Origin: Turneriella sp.
GTDB lineage: Bacteria > Spirochaetota > Leptospiria > Turneriellales > Turneriellaceae
Length of the DNA: 64,000 bases
Assembly (NCBI GenBank): GCA_965279515.1
Contig: CBDIID010000003.1
Location: 2,784,001 to 2,848,000 of the forward strand
Direction of reading: 5' to 3'
Shown here: piece by piece, positions 19,717 through 28,792 of the stretch
Numbering within the stretch: the first letter of the stretch is position 1
Layout of the letters: the number at the start of each line of letters is the position of its first letter
Notes under the pieces: generated by a model
What the model was told of the DNA's origin: nothing
What the model saw: only the letters and a program-made list of their open reading frames with translations
Database searches by the model: none
Program-made: the position numbers and the translations under genes

Positions 19717-20436
19717 ATGTTATCACCTTTCTGGGGCGAATTTCTGGGCACGATGGTGCTCATCATCTTAGGCAGCGGCGTTGTCGCGGGCGTGCTGCTT
19801 GAAAAATCGAAGGCGCAAAACGCCGGGTGGATTGTCATCACGGCGGGCTGGGCCTTTGCCGTCACGCTGGGGATTTTCACCGCGAAGACTTTCGGCAGTC
19901 CCGATGCGCACCTAAACCCGGCCGTAACGCTGGCCTTCGCGATCAAATCGGGCTCGTATGAAAACGTGCCCGTCTTCTTCGCCGCCCAGTTCGCGGGCGC
20001 TTTTGCGGGAGCTGTCATCACCTGGCTGCACTATTTACCGCACTGGGGCGAAACAAAAAACCCCGCACTAAAACTCGCGGTCTTCTCAACCGACCCGGCC
20101 ATTCGCCATCCGGTGCACAACATGGTGAGCGAGATCATCGGCACATTGGTTCTCATCATCGGCGTCTACGTCATCTTCTCACGCGGCTCCGGCGGCATCA
20201 GCGCAGGCATGGGCCCGTTTCTCGTCGGCATACTCGTCTGGGCAATCGGCCTCTCGATGGGCGGCACGACCGGCTACGCGATCAACCCCGCCCGCGACCT
20301 CGGCCCACGCCTCGCGCATGCACTGCTGCCGATTGCTGGCAAGGGCTCATCGGACTGGCGCTATGCTTGGGTGCCAGTGGTCGCACCGCTGATTGGAGGG
20401 GGGATTGCGGGGGTGGTGTTGCGGTTGGTTTCGTAG
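19717..20436 (+). CDS. glpF: MIP family aquaglyceroporin
   Basis: HLNPAVT and GGTTGYAINPARDLGPR. Confidence 0.92.
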   Translation: MLSPFWGEFLGTMVLIILGSGVVAGVLLEKSKAQNAGWIVITAGWAFAVTLGIFTAKTFGSPDAHLNPAVTLAFAIKSGSYENVPVFFAAQFAGAFAGAVITWLHYLPHWGETKNPALKLAVFSTDPAIRHPVHNMVSEIIGTLVLIIGVYVIFSRGSGGISAGMGPFLVGILVWAIGLSMGGTTGYAINPARDLGPRLAHALLPIAGKGSSDWRYAWVPVVAPLIGGGIAGVVLRLVS

Positions 20437-20470
20437 AATAGGTGGAGTGTGACATGGGCAAAGAGTAATT

Positions 20471-21259
20471 ATGTACGCAAAATATTTTATCGCATTATTG
20501 ATTATCTTCTTAGGAAATTGCCGAGACCCCAAAGGCCAGATTGTTGAAGATTACTTAGATTCTACTCTGACGAGAGAAAGTACGATCAGAATGCAAGAGG
20601 TTTTTGTCGAAAAATTGCCACCGCAAATGCCGCGCTCAGTCAAGTTAAAACTCGGTGCCTTTGCACGCCGGATATGGGACTTTGAAACATACGCTGATAC
20701 ATTAAAGCAAACCTCGATACCGCCGGAAGTCATAGCCGGCATGAAGTCGACTATAGATTTCAGTAAGACAGAAGCTGGCAGGTCGTACAAAAAATCCCTT
20801 AAGAATTATTTTGACAATGAGCGGCAGCTTTTAGGCCAGAAGAGAATCTCCGATTTCCCCGCCGCTCGAATCGACTTTTTTACGCAGCGCTTTTTTGCCA
20901 ATAACGAGCCTGAAAACGGGGAACGGGTAAACCGCGACTTCAACTATCGTATGATGAAAATCTTTTGGATATTGAGCCATCCAAATAAACCCATTGACGA
21001 GGCAGAAATCAAGGCAAAGTCTCAGATTATCATAAACGCTGAGCGTAACAAAATGCAGAAATCAATTATTCAGGGCAAAGTCCCAGATTCTATGCTTCTT
21101 CGCAGCTTGGTACAGACTATGCTCTTAACCGAGCAAGAATTTGAGGCGTACAAATCCTACCTTAATGCAACAGAGGCCATTTCTCTGAAAAAGTTCATTT
21201 TTGACTTTGACCATACTCAGTCGCAAATCCGCATGGACAAATACATACAATCACTATAA
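20471..21259 (+). CDS. cassette 1: hypothetical lipoprotein
   Basis: Lipobox FLGNC. Flanked by inverted GTGTGACATGGGCAA (20447-20461) and TTGCCCACGTCACAC (21261-21275). Confidence 0.75.
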   Translation: MYAKYFIALLIIFLGNCRDPKGQIVEDYLDSTLTRESTIRMQEVFVEKLPPQMPRSVKLKLGAFARRIWDFETYADTLKQTSIPPEVIAGMKSTIDFSKTEAGRSYKKSLKNYFDNERQLLGQKRISDFPAARIDFFTQRFFANNEPENGERVNRDFNYRMMKIFWILSHPNKPIDEAEIKAKSQIIINAERNKMQKSIIQGKVPDSMLLRSLVQTMLLTEQEFEAYKSYLNATEAISLKKFIFDFDHTQSQIRMDKYIQSL

Positions 21260-21271
21260 GTTGCCCACGTC

Positions 21272-21455
21272 ACACAACAAATTTTACGCGCTGCGCCGCT
21301 GCGGTGCAGTAGCTCCCCGCGTGCTCCCTAAGGGGAGATTCGCTTCGCGCGTCGCCGCGAGCCGCTACGACCACATTTTTTGACGCAAATCGGCTTTACA
21401 AAGTGAATAATGACACAAGCATCAAAAAACGTCATCGTAAAATCCAACGTTAGCT
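21272..21455 (+). repeat. attC-like site 1 (184 bp)
   Basis: R'' ACACAAC at 21272 and L'' ATTTTACG at the left end. L' CGTAAAAT at 21436-21443 and R' GTTAGCT at 21449. Confidence 0.75.
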
Positions 21456-21468
21456 GCCATGGTGCATT

Positions 21469-22389
21469 ATGTCAGACCACTTAAATAAACTAATTAACTC
21501 AGTTCACTTTCAATCGATCCTTAAAGAGCAGAGTGTTTTTAACGTAGTTAAACAGCATTTACCAGACACTCAAATGGGGACTTTTTATGTAGACCCTGAT
21601 ACGAGTAAGTACAGAGAAATTGATGTATTGGCTTTAAAGGAGAGCACAATAAATCAAAAATCTGAAGAAATTAGAGTAAGAACTATTATACCAATCGAGT
21701 GCAAGACGTTGAAAAATTTTAGTGTCTTTTTGTATAATGAGCAGCCTAAAGAAAAATCCAGGCCAAATACGGTTTGGCCTCTTGAAATTCTTCAAACAAC
21801 AATTTTTCAGAAGATTCACCGTGAATCACTGAGTCTAAAAGTCCAAAAACGGTTTGAGCTTGAGCATTCAAATACACGCCCGAAACTAACAGATCAGATA
21901 GATTTGGCCGCCAGTTTCGCTGAACCTGTCTTTCCTACTTATGCGAGTTTTAGGGAGATGAACCCAGCAAATGTGCGACGCAAGGATGATGATGGGAGCG
22001 TCGTTTGGGAAGCTAGCCAAAGTCTTCGGGCCTGCCAGATGTACTTCGTAAATGAGGTTATCAAGACCGCCGTTGAGGATTCGATTGAACAAATGGCAGG
22101 CTTTATTGATGAAGTTGACAAAGCTAGAGATGCAACTTATACACGCATACCGCTAATAAGACTTGATGCCATTAAAGCATTGCATAATAGATTTTACTCA
22201 ATTCATCCCATATTGGTGGTAGACGCTCAGCTTTTTACAATTGATGAGAATGAAAACCCTAAGGAGATTTCCGCAGGCAATTTGGCATTTTACGGCGTTG
22301 GCGGCTTCGCAAATTTTCAAATGACAGTCATGCGGTATTCGACCTTTCAAGAGTCAATCGCTGCTTTGATAAAAGGCATCTTGATCTGA
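21469..22389 (+). CDS. cassette 2: PD-(D/E)XK restriction-endonuclease-like protein
   Basis: YVDPDTSKYREIDVLA...IECKT motif. AT-rich. Confidence 0.7.
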   Translation: MSDHLNKLINSVHFQSILKEQSVFNVVKQHLPDTQMGTFYVDPDTSKYREIDVLALKESTINQKSEEIRVRTIIPIECKTLKNFSVFLYNEQPKEKSRPNTVWPLEILQTTIFQKIHRESLSLKVQKRFELEHSNTRPKLTDQIDLAASFAEPVFPTYASFREMNPANVRRKDDDGSVVWEASQSLRACQMYFVNEVIKTAVEDSIEQMAGFIDEVDKARDATYTRIPLIRLDAIKALHNRFYSIHPILVVDAQLFTIDENENPKEISAGNLAFYGVGGFANFQMTVMRYSTFQESIAALIKGILI

Positions 22390-22401
22390 ATGCCCCACGG
22401 C

Positions 22402-22698
22402 AGCTAACAAATTTTACGCGCTGCGCGCTGCGGTGCCGTAGTTCCTCTGAAAACAGAGACCCGAGGACAGGTCGCGTGTGCTCCCTCAGGGGAGATTCGC
22501 TTCGCTCATCGCGGGTCTTCGCAGCAAAGATCGCGGACGACGCGCACACCGGGAGGTGTGTTTTCGCGCGGCGCTGCGTGACCTTTTAGGTCTTCGTCTT
22601 CGGTGCCGCTAGACCACATCTTTTGACGCGAATCGGCTTTACAAATTGATTAAATGGCACAGGCGTCAAAAAACGTCGGCGTTAGATCCAAGTTGTGT
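22402..22698 (+). repeat. attC-like site 2 (297 bp)
   Basis: R'' AGCTAAC is followed by the same AAATTTTACGCGCTGCG as site 1. Ends AAAACGTCGGCGTTAGATCCAAGTTGTGT. Confidence 0.75.
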
Positions 22699-22708
22699 TA
22701 CCTTTACT

Positions 22709-23497
22709 ATGAAACCATTCTCAAAGCGCTATTTTCTACTTATAATACTTGGCCTAAATTCGATTACGTGTAATAATCATAAAATTGCAACGAAAGATAT
22801 ACTTATTGTCGAAATCACTGATGCCGATCTCGGCCTGAAAATAACTGCTGAGCCGGAGTATCGGAGAATGATCCCCTTGTTCCGCACATCTCTGACGAAG
22901 TTTCTAACGGATTTAGGACCGTTAGCTCGATATGTTCTAATTCATATGACCCTTAGTTCGCACGAAAAAAATGACATCGATCATAACTTGCGCGACGCCA
23001 TACAGAAGCTGCCCCGTAAGACTCTAATTTATGGCAACTTACTTAAACGAAAGATGACGCATAAGTTTTTTTCCTCCGCAGTCGCCGAAATGGGTCACGT
23101 TGAATTTGCCGAAGCAGACGAAATGACATGGTTATTCTATCCGAGTATTTGTGACCGTGATAATGTAAACTCTGACAATGAGCCCGGCGATTGCCCTGAA
23201 AACAAAATCCGCAGAGATATTGCTTTGATCGCCGCTGAGGGGTATGCAGGTAAAAAAATTACGACAAAACTTGCTGATTCTATTGCCTACGAAAAATGGA
23301 GATTAAAAGGGTTATCGCGAATTACCTATACGAAAGCAACGCAATCGCCCGAGCTCTTGAAGGACAAGCTCATCATAATAATCAATCAACCGACACCTGA
23401 CAGCGATATGCACGATCTAATGGGGGATTCAAAAATATCCGGTTCAGAAATTCTTGGGAATCGAGTTTTGTTTTACAATGAATTAGCTGCCCCGTAG
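22709..23497 (+). CDS. cassette 3: lipoprotein with CHASE2-like extracellular domain
   Basis: Signal ending SITC. DILIVEITD...LKDKLIII...DMH...ISGSEI resembles the CHASE2 start and end motifs. Confidence 0.6.
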   Translation: MKPFSKRYFLLIILGLNSITCNNHKIATKDILIVEITDADLGLKITAEPEYRRMIPLFRTSLTKFLTDLGPLARYVLIHMTLSSHEKNDIDHNLRDAIQKLPRKTLIYGNLLKRKMTHKFFSSAVAEMGHVEFAEADEMTWLFYPSICDRDNVNSDNEPGDCPENKIRRDIALIAAEGYAGKKITTKLADSIAYEKWRLKGLSRITYTKATQSPELLKDKLIIIINQPTPDSDMHDLMGDSKISGSEILGNRVLFYNELAAP

Positions 23498-23505
23498 CAA
23501 ACGGC

Positions 23506-23818
23506 GCACATCGAGGTTTGCGGGGCTACGCTCGCTGGGGCGCCATAGCTTGAAACCGCAAGGGCGATGGCGCGGGCTTCCTAAAGGGAGATTCGCTTCG
23601 CTCATCGCGGGGTCTCCGCGGCAAAGATCGCGGATGACGCGCACACCGGGAGGTGTGTTTTTGCGCGGCGCTCGTGACCTTTTAGGTCACTGAAGACAGA
23701 GGCGAAGACGCCACCGTCTTCGGTGCTACGAGGGCACATTTTGTGTCGCGAATCGGCTTTACAGATTGATTAATTGGGGCAGGCGTCAACAAACGTCAGC
23801 GGAAAATCCACGTTGAGC
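23506..23818 (+). repeat. attC-like site 3 (313 bp)
   Basis: 23586-23688 is nearly identical to 22490-22592. Ends AAACGTCAGCGGAAAATCCACGTTGAGC. R'' is degenerate (GCACATC). Confidence 0.7.
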
Positions 23819-23836
23819 TCTATCGCCAGGAGACGA

Positions 23837-24361
23837 ATGAAAAAGAAACATTACTCCTATTCATTATTGATTCTTGTCATTTTCTTTGGAGTATCCTGCC
23901 AGCCGCGACTAAAGCTGTTTATCATTCAGAATATGACCGAAAAACCTTTAGCTATTGAACTATTTATTCATCCCTTTGAGGACATGCCAGCCAAACCGCC
24001 TGAAGATTTCCCCTTCGAAGTAACTTTCTTTAAGTCTGGCTATTTTGGAGAGCCGAGCATTGAGGAGAATGGTACGCGAATACCCTTAAAATCTTCTGCG
24101 ATTAAGTTAGATACGAAAAGGCATTCGATTATTTTTTCCCTAAAGCCCAGGGCGGGATTAGAGATTTTTAAAATGACGTTTCACCAGTTTAAGGCTTTGG
24201 ATGATAAAACTATTTCAAAGTTTCCTTTCAAATTACTTGCAATACAAACTCCAAGCAAGCAACTAGAAATTGCCATAACATCGAAAGGTTTAACTGAAAA
24301 CTTCCAGAGACCGTTTTTTTCAATCTGGGATCATGAGCGAAATGAACTAATTGTCCAATAG
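23837..24361 (+). CDS. cassette 4: hypothetical lipoprotein
   Basis: AGGAG RBS, ATG 23837, lipobox GVSC. AT-rich. Confidence 0.75.
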   Translation: MKKKHYSYSLLILVIFFGVSCQPRLKLFIIQNMTEKPLAIELFIHPFEDMPAKPPEDFPFEVTFFKSGYFGEPSIEENGTRIPLKSSAIKLDTKRHSIIFSLKPRAGLEIFKMTFHQFKALDDKTISKFPFKLLAIQTPSKQLEIAITSKGLTENFQRPFFSIWDHERNELIVQ

Positions 24362-24369
24362 GCAACGGC

Positions 24370-24615
24370 TCACAGCAAGAATTACCTGCGGTGCGGTAGC
24401 TGCCCTACAGACATAGACCCGAAGACGGGTCGCGCTTTGCGCGTCGCGGCCCTGGCAGCAGCAAGCGGTATACTTCTTTTGTGCACAACCCTCGGCGGAT
24501 ATCCGAAAGCGAGTTACAGAGAGGCGCCAGGAGTATATTAACTGCCGCAAGATCCCGCTACAGGCTAAAAAGTCGAACAAGGCGTCATTCAACGGTAAAT
24601 AAAATTCACGCCGCC
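24370..24615 (+). repeat. degenerate attC-like site 4
   Basis: Shares CTGCGGTGC and AGACCCGA.GAC.GGTCGCG with site 2. AATTACC and GGTAAAT could act as L boxes. No intact GTT end. Confidence 0.45.
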
Positions 24616-24653
24616 GGCCCTCCAACAGCAAAAATATTTCGTCTAAGTAGAGT

Positions 24654-25045
24654 ATGAGCATCTATCGAAGATACATGCTGGATGAATCCTGGGGCGATGA
24701 GCCCGAAATCAAGGCGCAGAAAAGTCTCGTCGCCGCACTCCGAAAAACACTGCTCACCCCTGCCGACGTTAAGAGCGCCCTCAAGAAGGGCATAAATCCC
24801 ATTGATTCATCCATAGAGAAATGGTCTCGCATTCAAGCGGTTTTGGCCGAAGCGAAGCGAATTGAAACATTGGCTGCTTTAGAAACCTTCATCGGCGCCA
24901 AGACCTGCGCGCTCTGTATCAGATTGTACAAAATGCCCGGCATGCACCCCAGCTCTATGCCGAAGATGAGGAGATATTTGAGCAAATAAAACAGCTGGCT
25001 CTTCAGATGGTGAATTTACTGAAATCAATTCCTCAGAATAGCTGA
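24654..25045 (+). pseudogene. frameshifted Cys-motif hypothetical protein
   Basis: TCALC is in frame. DCTKCP lies in a second frame and LYAEDEEIFEQIKQLALQMVNLLKSIPQNS* in the third. Confidence 0.5.
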
Positions 25046-25123
25046 GGGGTTATCTAAATAAAACGCCTTCACACTTAAACAGAAGATCAAAGCTTGCTCC
25101 GAAACCTTCTTTGGTTAACTAAG

Positions 25124-26158
25124 CTACGGTCGTCGCACGGGACGGAAACCGATGCTGGAGAACGCCTGATACGGGGAAATCGCGTTGATGCGGCTCGAGG
25201 TGCGTACAATGCCGGAACCGGGATCGTTCCAGCTACCGCTACGCCTGATACGAAGCGGGCCGGTTGCTGGGCCTATGCTATCCGCATCCGTGTAAGGTGA
25301 GGCGGTTGTATACGAGCCATTCCAGTCCCAAACCCATTCATAAACGTTGCCACTCATATGATAGAGGCCCAAAGCATTGGGTGCTTTGGTGTCTACCGGG
25401 TGTGTTGTTGTGGTATTGCCTGTAGTGCCATTAACGATGTTGCCGAACCAAGCTACGAAATCTGTTGCGGCAAAGTCAGAAACGTCGGCTGTTGCCCCGC
25501 TCGCATAGTTGCCCGGAGTGAATGCGGTGCCGTTAATATAACGTGCCGCATATTCCCACTCCACTTCGGTGGGCAACCGATAACCATTCGCCGACCAGTT
25601 GACGAAAGGAAAATCTATGCTGCCACTCCCCGGTGTGCCCAGAATCGAGAAGGTAGCCGACGAGGTTTTCTGCACGACCGAAAAACCAGCGTCACTGTAA
25701 TACACAGGGGTCAGTCCATCTTTTTGCGATGCCGCGTTGCACCAGAGGATGCTATCCCGCCAACTAACAGCCGTCACCGGGTGCTGGTCGGTGCGCGCTC
25801 CGTTGTCACCCGGAATGCCTGGGTTGGCGAAAGTGTACCCGTTATTCGTGGCCCAAGCCTTCACCGTTACCCAGTCGCTGTATTGCACCTCATATTTCGC
25901 GATGGCGAACGCGGTGATCGAGGGAACCGTGTGCGTCAGTTCAATACCAGTATCGTCCATAACGAAACCGGTAGTATTCGCTGGCACGCGTACCATCAGC
26001 AGGCTACAAGAGGCCATACTTATGGTGCAACTGCTTGAAATGTCGGTCGAGTCCCAGAATTTACCCCAACTCGTGCAGGAGTGGCTCATCCCTGTTGCTA
26101 TGCAAAGAAAAAACACGCCGATATAAGATATTTTTCCGGATAGCATTTCCGTAAACAT
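25124..26158 (-). CDS. FGE/SUMF1-domain lipoprotein
   Basis: HPVTAVSWRDS, GYRLPTEVEWEYAAR, NALGLYHMSGNVYEWVWD and IGFRP. Start uncertain. Confidence 0.9.
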   Translation of the reverse strand: MFTEMLSGKISYIGVFFLCIATGMSHSCTSWGKFWDSTDISSSCTISMASCSLLMVRVPANTTGFVMDDTGIELTHTVPSITAFAIAKYEVQYSDWVTVKAWATNNGYTFANPGIPGDNGARTDQHPVTAVSWRDSILWCNAASQKDGLTPVYYSDAGFSVVQKTSSATFSILGTPGSGSIDFPFVNWSANGYRLPTEVEWEYAARYINGTAFTPGNYASGATADVSDFAATDFVAWFGNIVNGTTGNTTTTHPVDTKAPNALGLYHMSGNVYEWVWDWNGSYTTASPYTDADSIGPATGPLRIRRSGSWNDPGSGIVRTSSRINAISPYQAFSSIGFRPVRRP

Positions 26159-26322
26159 ATCAGAATTTTGCCCTTTGTCGACCGGAATGATCATTCAAGA
26201 CCAATTTTTTTGCTTTATTCAGGGCGAGTCTCTGACTTCAGGGGCGCGGCATTAAAAATTTGTTTCATTTACGCCATGTACTTTTTATTAACTTTATTCG
26301 GGAAAATTGTTAAGAATCAAAA

Positions 26323-27243
26323 ATGGCTATGCTTAAAGATAAAATTCTGCAGAAAAAAAGAGGCTTGATATTTTATGGGTTAACACCTCCAAAAATAAAT
26401 ACCGAACCTCAACGCATAGTTGAAATTGCCCATAAGCAGGTTGAAAGGCTTCAAGACATCGATATAGACGGGTTGATATTGTATGATATCCAGGATGAAT
26501 CTGCACGAACGGATGCGCCGCGACCATTTCCATATATACCTACAGTTGCACCGGATAATTACAGCGAAATATACCTGAAAGAATTGAATGTTGCTAAAAT
26601 AATTTATAAAAGTGTCGGTAAATATTCAGCACAGGACTTTAAGACGTGGATAAGTGCTAAAAACCACGAAATAGAATGTGCCGTATTTGTCGGTAGCCCG
26701 TCTAAAAGTCATTTGCCGGCGTTAGCATTACATGACGCCTATAAACTCAAGCGGGAAGTAAATTCACCCATCGTGCTGGGCGGAGTTGCAATCCCGGAAC
26801 GGCATCTGATTAAGAACGATGAACATTTGAGAATGTTTAACAAGATAGATGAGGGCTGTTCTTTTTTCATTTCGCAATGCGTGTATAATATGGATAATGC
26901 TAAAAATCTTTTATCGGATTATTATTATACCGGCGTAGATACGGGTAAACCATTAGTGCCGATCATATTTACATTAACTCCATGTGGTTCACTCAAAACG
27001 CTGGAATTCATGAAATGGCTGGGCATAGATATGCCGCATTGGCTAAATAATGAATTAAAACATTCTGAGAATATTCTACAGAAGTCGCTGGATATTTGCA
27101 GGAAAATAGCTGTGGAGTTGCTGGAATTCAGCGCCGGTAAAAATATACCTGTAGGCTTTAATGTAGAAAGTGTTGCCATCAGAAAAGAAGAGATAGAAGC
27201 CTCTATACATTTGCTGAAAGATGTGAAAGAATTCATGAAATAA
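26323..27243 (+). CDS. methylenetetrahydrofolate reductase-like protein
   Basis: YGLTPPK, YDIQDES, GGVAIPERH, FFISQCVY and PCGSLKTLEFMKWLG. Low GC. Confidence 0.8.
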   Translation: MAMLKDKILQKKRGLIFYGLTPPKINTEPQRIVEIAHKQVERLQDIDIDGLILYDIQDESARTDAPRPFPYIPTVAPDNYSEIYLKELNVAKIIYKSVGKYSAQDFKTWISAKNHEIECAVFVGSPSKSHLPALALHDAYKLKREVNSPIVLGGVAIPERHLIKNDEHLRMFNKIDEGCSFFISQCVYNMDNAKNLLSDYYYTGVDTGKPLVPIIFTLTPCGSLKTLEFMKWLGIDMPHWLNNELKHSENILQKSLDICRKIAVELLEFSAGKNIPVGFNVESVAIRKEEIEASIHLLKDVKEFMK

Positions 27244-27434
27244 GATACAGAAGCTGGCAAAGGCACGACATGGTCATTTTTCAAAGCTTTTTACCGCGGA
27301 TTCCCCCGGCCATCCCCCGCCTTACGCACCAGAATCTGCATTTTTTCGTAACGTAACTGTCACAAACCCAAATTCAGGCGATATCACCTTTAACGGCGGG
27401 AACCCTGAGTTCTCCGCTGGTTAAGGAGAAATAA

Positions 27435-27758
27435 ATGTATATTCAATTGGCCCCAGGAAAAGTAAAAGCGGGTGTGGACGAGACTAAGATTCTTAAAGCA
27501 TCCGACGAATTTGATTCCCAGTTCGTTGCCCGGCAGCCGGGCATCGTCAAGCGCATACTCTTGAAAGGAAAAGACGGCACTTACGCAGATTTGGTCTTCT
27601 TTGAAAGCAAAGAGGCCGCGGATCGGGTCGCACAGGCTGAACAGGCCGGCCATCCGGCATGCGCGAACTTTTTCCAATTGTTTGAGATGGACGAAACAAA
27701 GCCAGATATGGGTGTCCTCAGTTTTCAGGAAATCAAGGCATACGGTAAGCAGATATAA
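27435..27758 (+). CDS. small hypothetical protein (ABM/dimeric alpha-beta barrel-like)
   Basis: AAGGAG RBS. FVARQPGIVKR...YADLVFFES pattern. Confidence 0.65.
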   Translation: MYIQLAPGKVKAGVDETKILKASDEFDSQFVARQPGIVKRILLKGKDGTYADLVFFESKEAADRVAQAEQAGHPACANFFQLFEMDETKPDMGVLSFQEIKAYGKQI

Positions 27759-27767
27759 GGTCTGACT

Positions 27768-28652
27768 ATGATTTTTTTAAGCAACAACGCACAGAGAAAA
27801 ACTGAGCATGATTGGGCTGACCTCGTGCGTAAGAGCCTCGCGGGAAACCGCGAGGTGCTGGATCATCTTCTCGCATCATTGCAGCCTTATATTTTCAATC
27901 TCGCCCAAAAAATGCTGCTGAACCCGGATGATGCCGCAGACATTACCCAGGAAGTACTGCTTAAAGTCATCCTGGGTCTCCAGACCTATGCGCCCGAGAA
28001 AGCCGAATTTACAACCTGGGCCTATGCCATAGCGCGGAATCAGCTTCTGAAATTCCGCAAAGGAAAAATCGAGGCCTTGACCGGTTCCTTCGACGAGTTT
28101 GCTGAAGAAATTTATGCCGTCGCCGATGAGGTCATCGAGGCGCGGGAGTTTCAGAATCCGGAGACCCAACTCTTGGTAAAGGAAGCCAATGTCGGCTGCA
28201 TGCTGGGGATGTTGTTGTGCCTGACACGCGAGCAGCGCTTAGTCTTCATTCTCGGCGAAATTCTTGCCCTCAAATCGGACGTAGCTGGTGAAATTTGCGG
28301 AGTCAGTTCTGAGAATTACAGGCAGCAGCTTTCCCGTGCAAGGCGCGATCTTTACTCATTCATGCAGAACAAATGCGGACTTGTCAACAAGGCGAACTCC
28401 TGTCGCTGCCACCGAAAAACGCGAGGCTTCGTTAAGGCAGGATATGTTGACCCGCAAAACATCCGCTTTGCCACGCCACACTATGAAAACGCGAGAATTT
28501 TTTCAGAAGAGCATGCGGCCGCGATGTGCGATCTGGATAATGAGTATGGGCAAATGTTCCGCAACTTGCCCGCATATGATGCCGGGCACACGCTGCTCAC
28601 GGTTGAGAGTCTTTTGCGTTCAGAAGAATTTAAAGGGACCTTCGGCATTTAA
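27768..28652 (+). CDS. ECF RNA polymerase sigma factor with Cys-rich C-terminal extension
   Basis: DAADITQEV, FTTWAYAIARN, region 4 YRQQLSRAR, then CGLVNKANSCRC. Confidence 0.88.
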   Translation: MIFLSNNAQRKTEHDWADLVRKSLAGNREVLDHLLASLQPYIFNLAQKMLLNPDDAADITQEVLLKVILGLQTYAPEKAEFTTWAYAIARNQLLKFRKGKIEALTGSFDEFAEEIYAVADEVIEAREFQNPETQLLVKEANVGCMLGMLLCLTREQRLVFILGEILALKSDVAGEICGVSSENYRQQLSRARRDLYSFMQNKCGLVNKANSCRCHRKTRGFVKAGYVDPQNIRFATPHYENARIFSEEHAAAMCDLDNEYGQMFRNLPAYDAGHTLLTVESLLRSEEFKGTFGI

Positions 28653-28792
28653 GATACCACTACTCAACCCATAAAACATGGAGTGTCTCCGGACAGGTCG
28701 GTTTTTTTATGGCATGGCATGTGTGCGGCGAGCGTATTTTAAAGGCGGCGGAAAAATCGGGGTTCCGGTCTTTTTGCACTTTAAGGAATCAA

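Larger units (their letters stand above)
20447..24615 (+). mobile_element. integron-like gene cassette array (4 cassettes, no integrase in window; CALIN-like)
   Basis: Co-oriented AT-rich single ORFs, each followed by a related GC-rich repeat. The first two repeats start ...AAC and end GTT.... Cassette termini are mutually complementary. Confidence 0.75.

Noticed and set aside
19671..20021. N-terminal extension of the 251-aa GlcG-like ORF
   Set aside because: Antisense overlap with glpF. Family similarity starts at ATG 19670.
21396..21425. Promoter inside the attC-like repeats (conserved TTTACA)
   Set aside because: No -10 hexamer at canonical spacing in any copy.
21261..24615. CRISPR array interpretation of the repeats
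   Set aside because: Repeats are 180-310 bp and separated by whole genes. No cas genes or short repeat-spacer periodicity.
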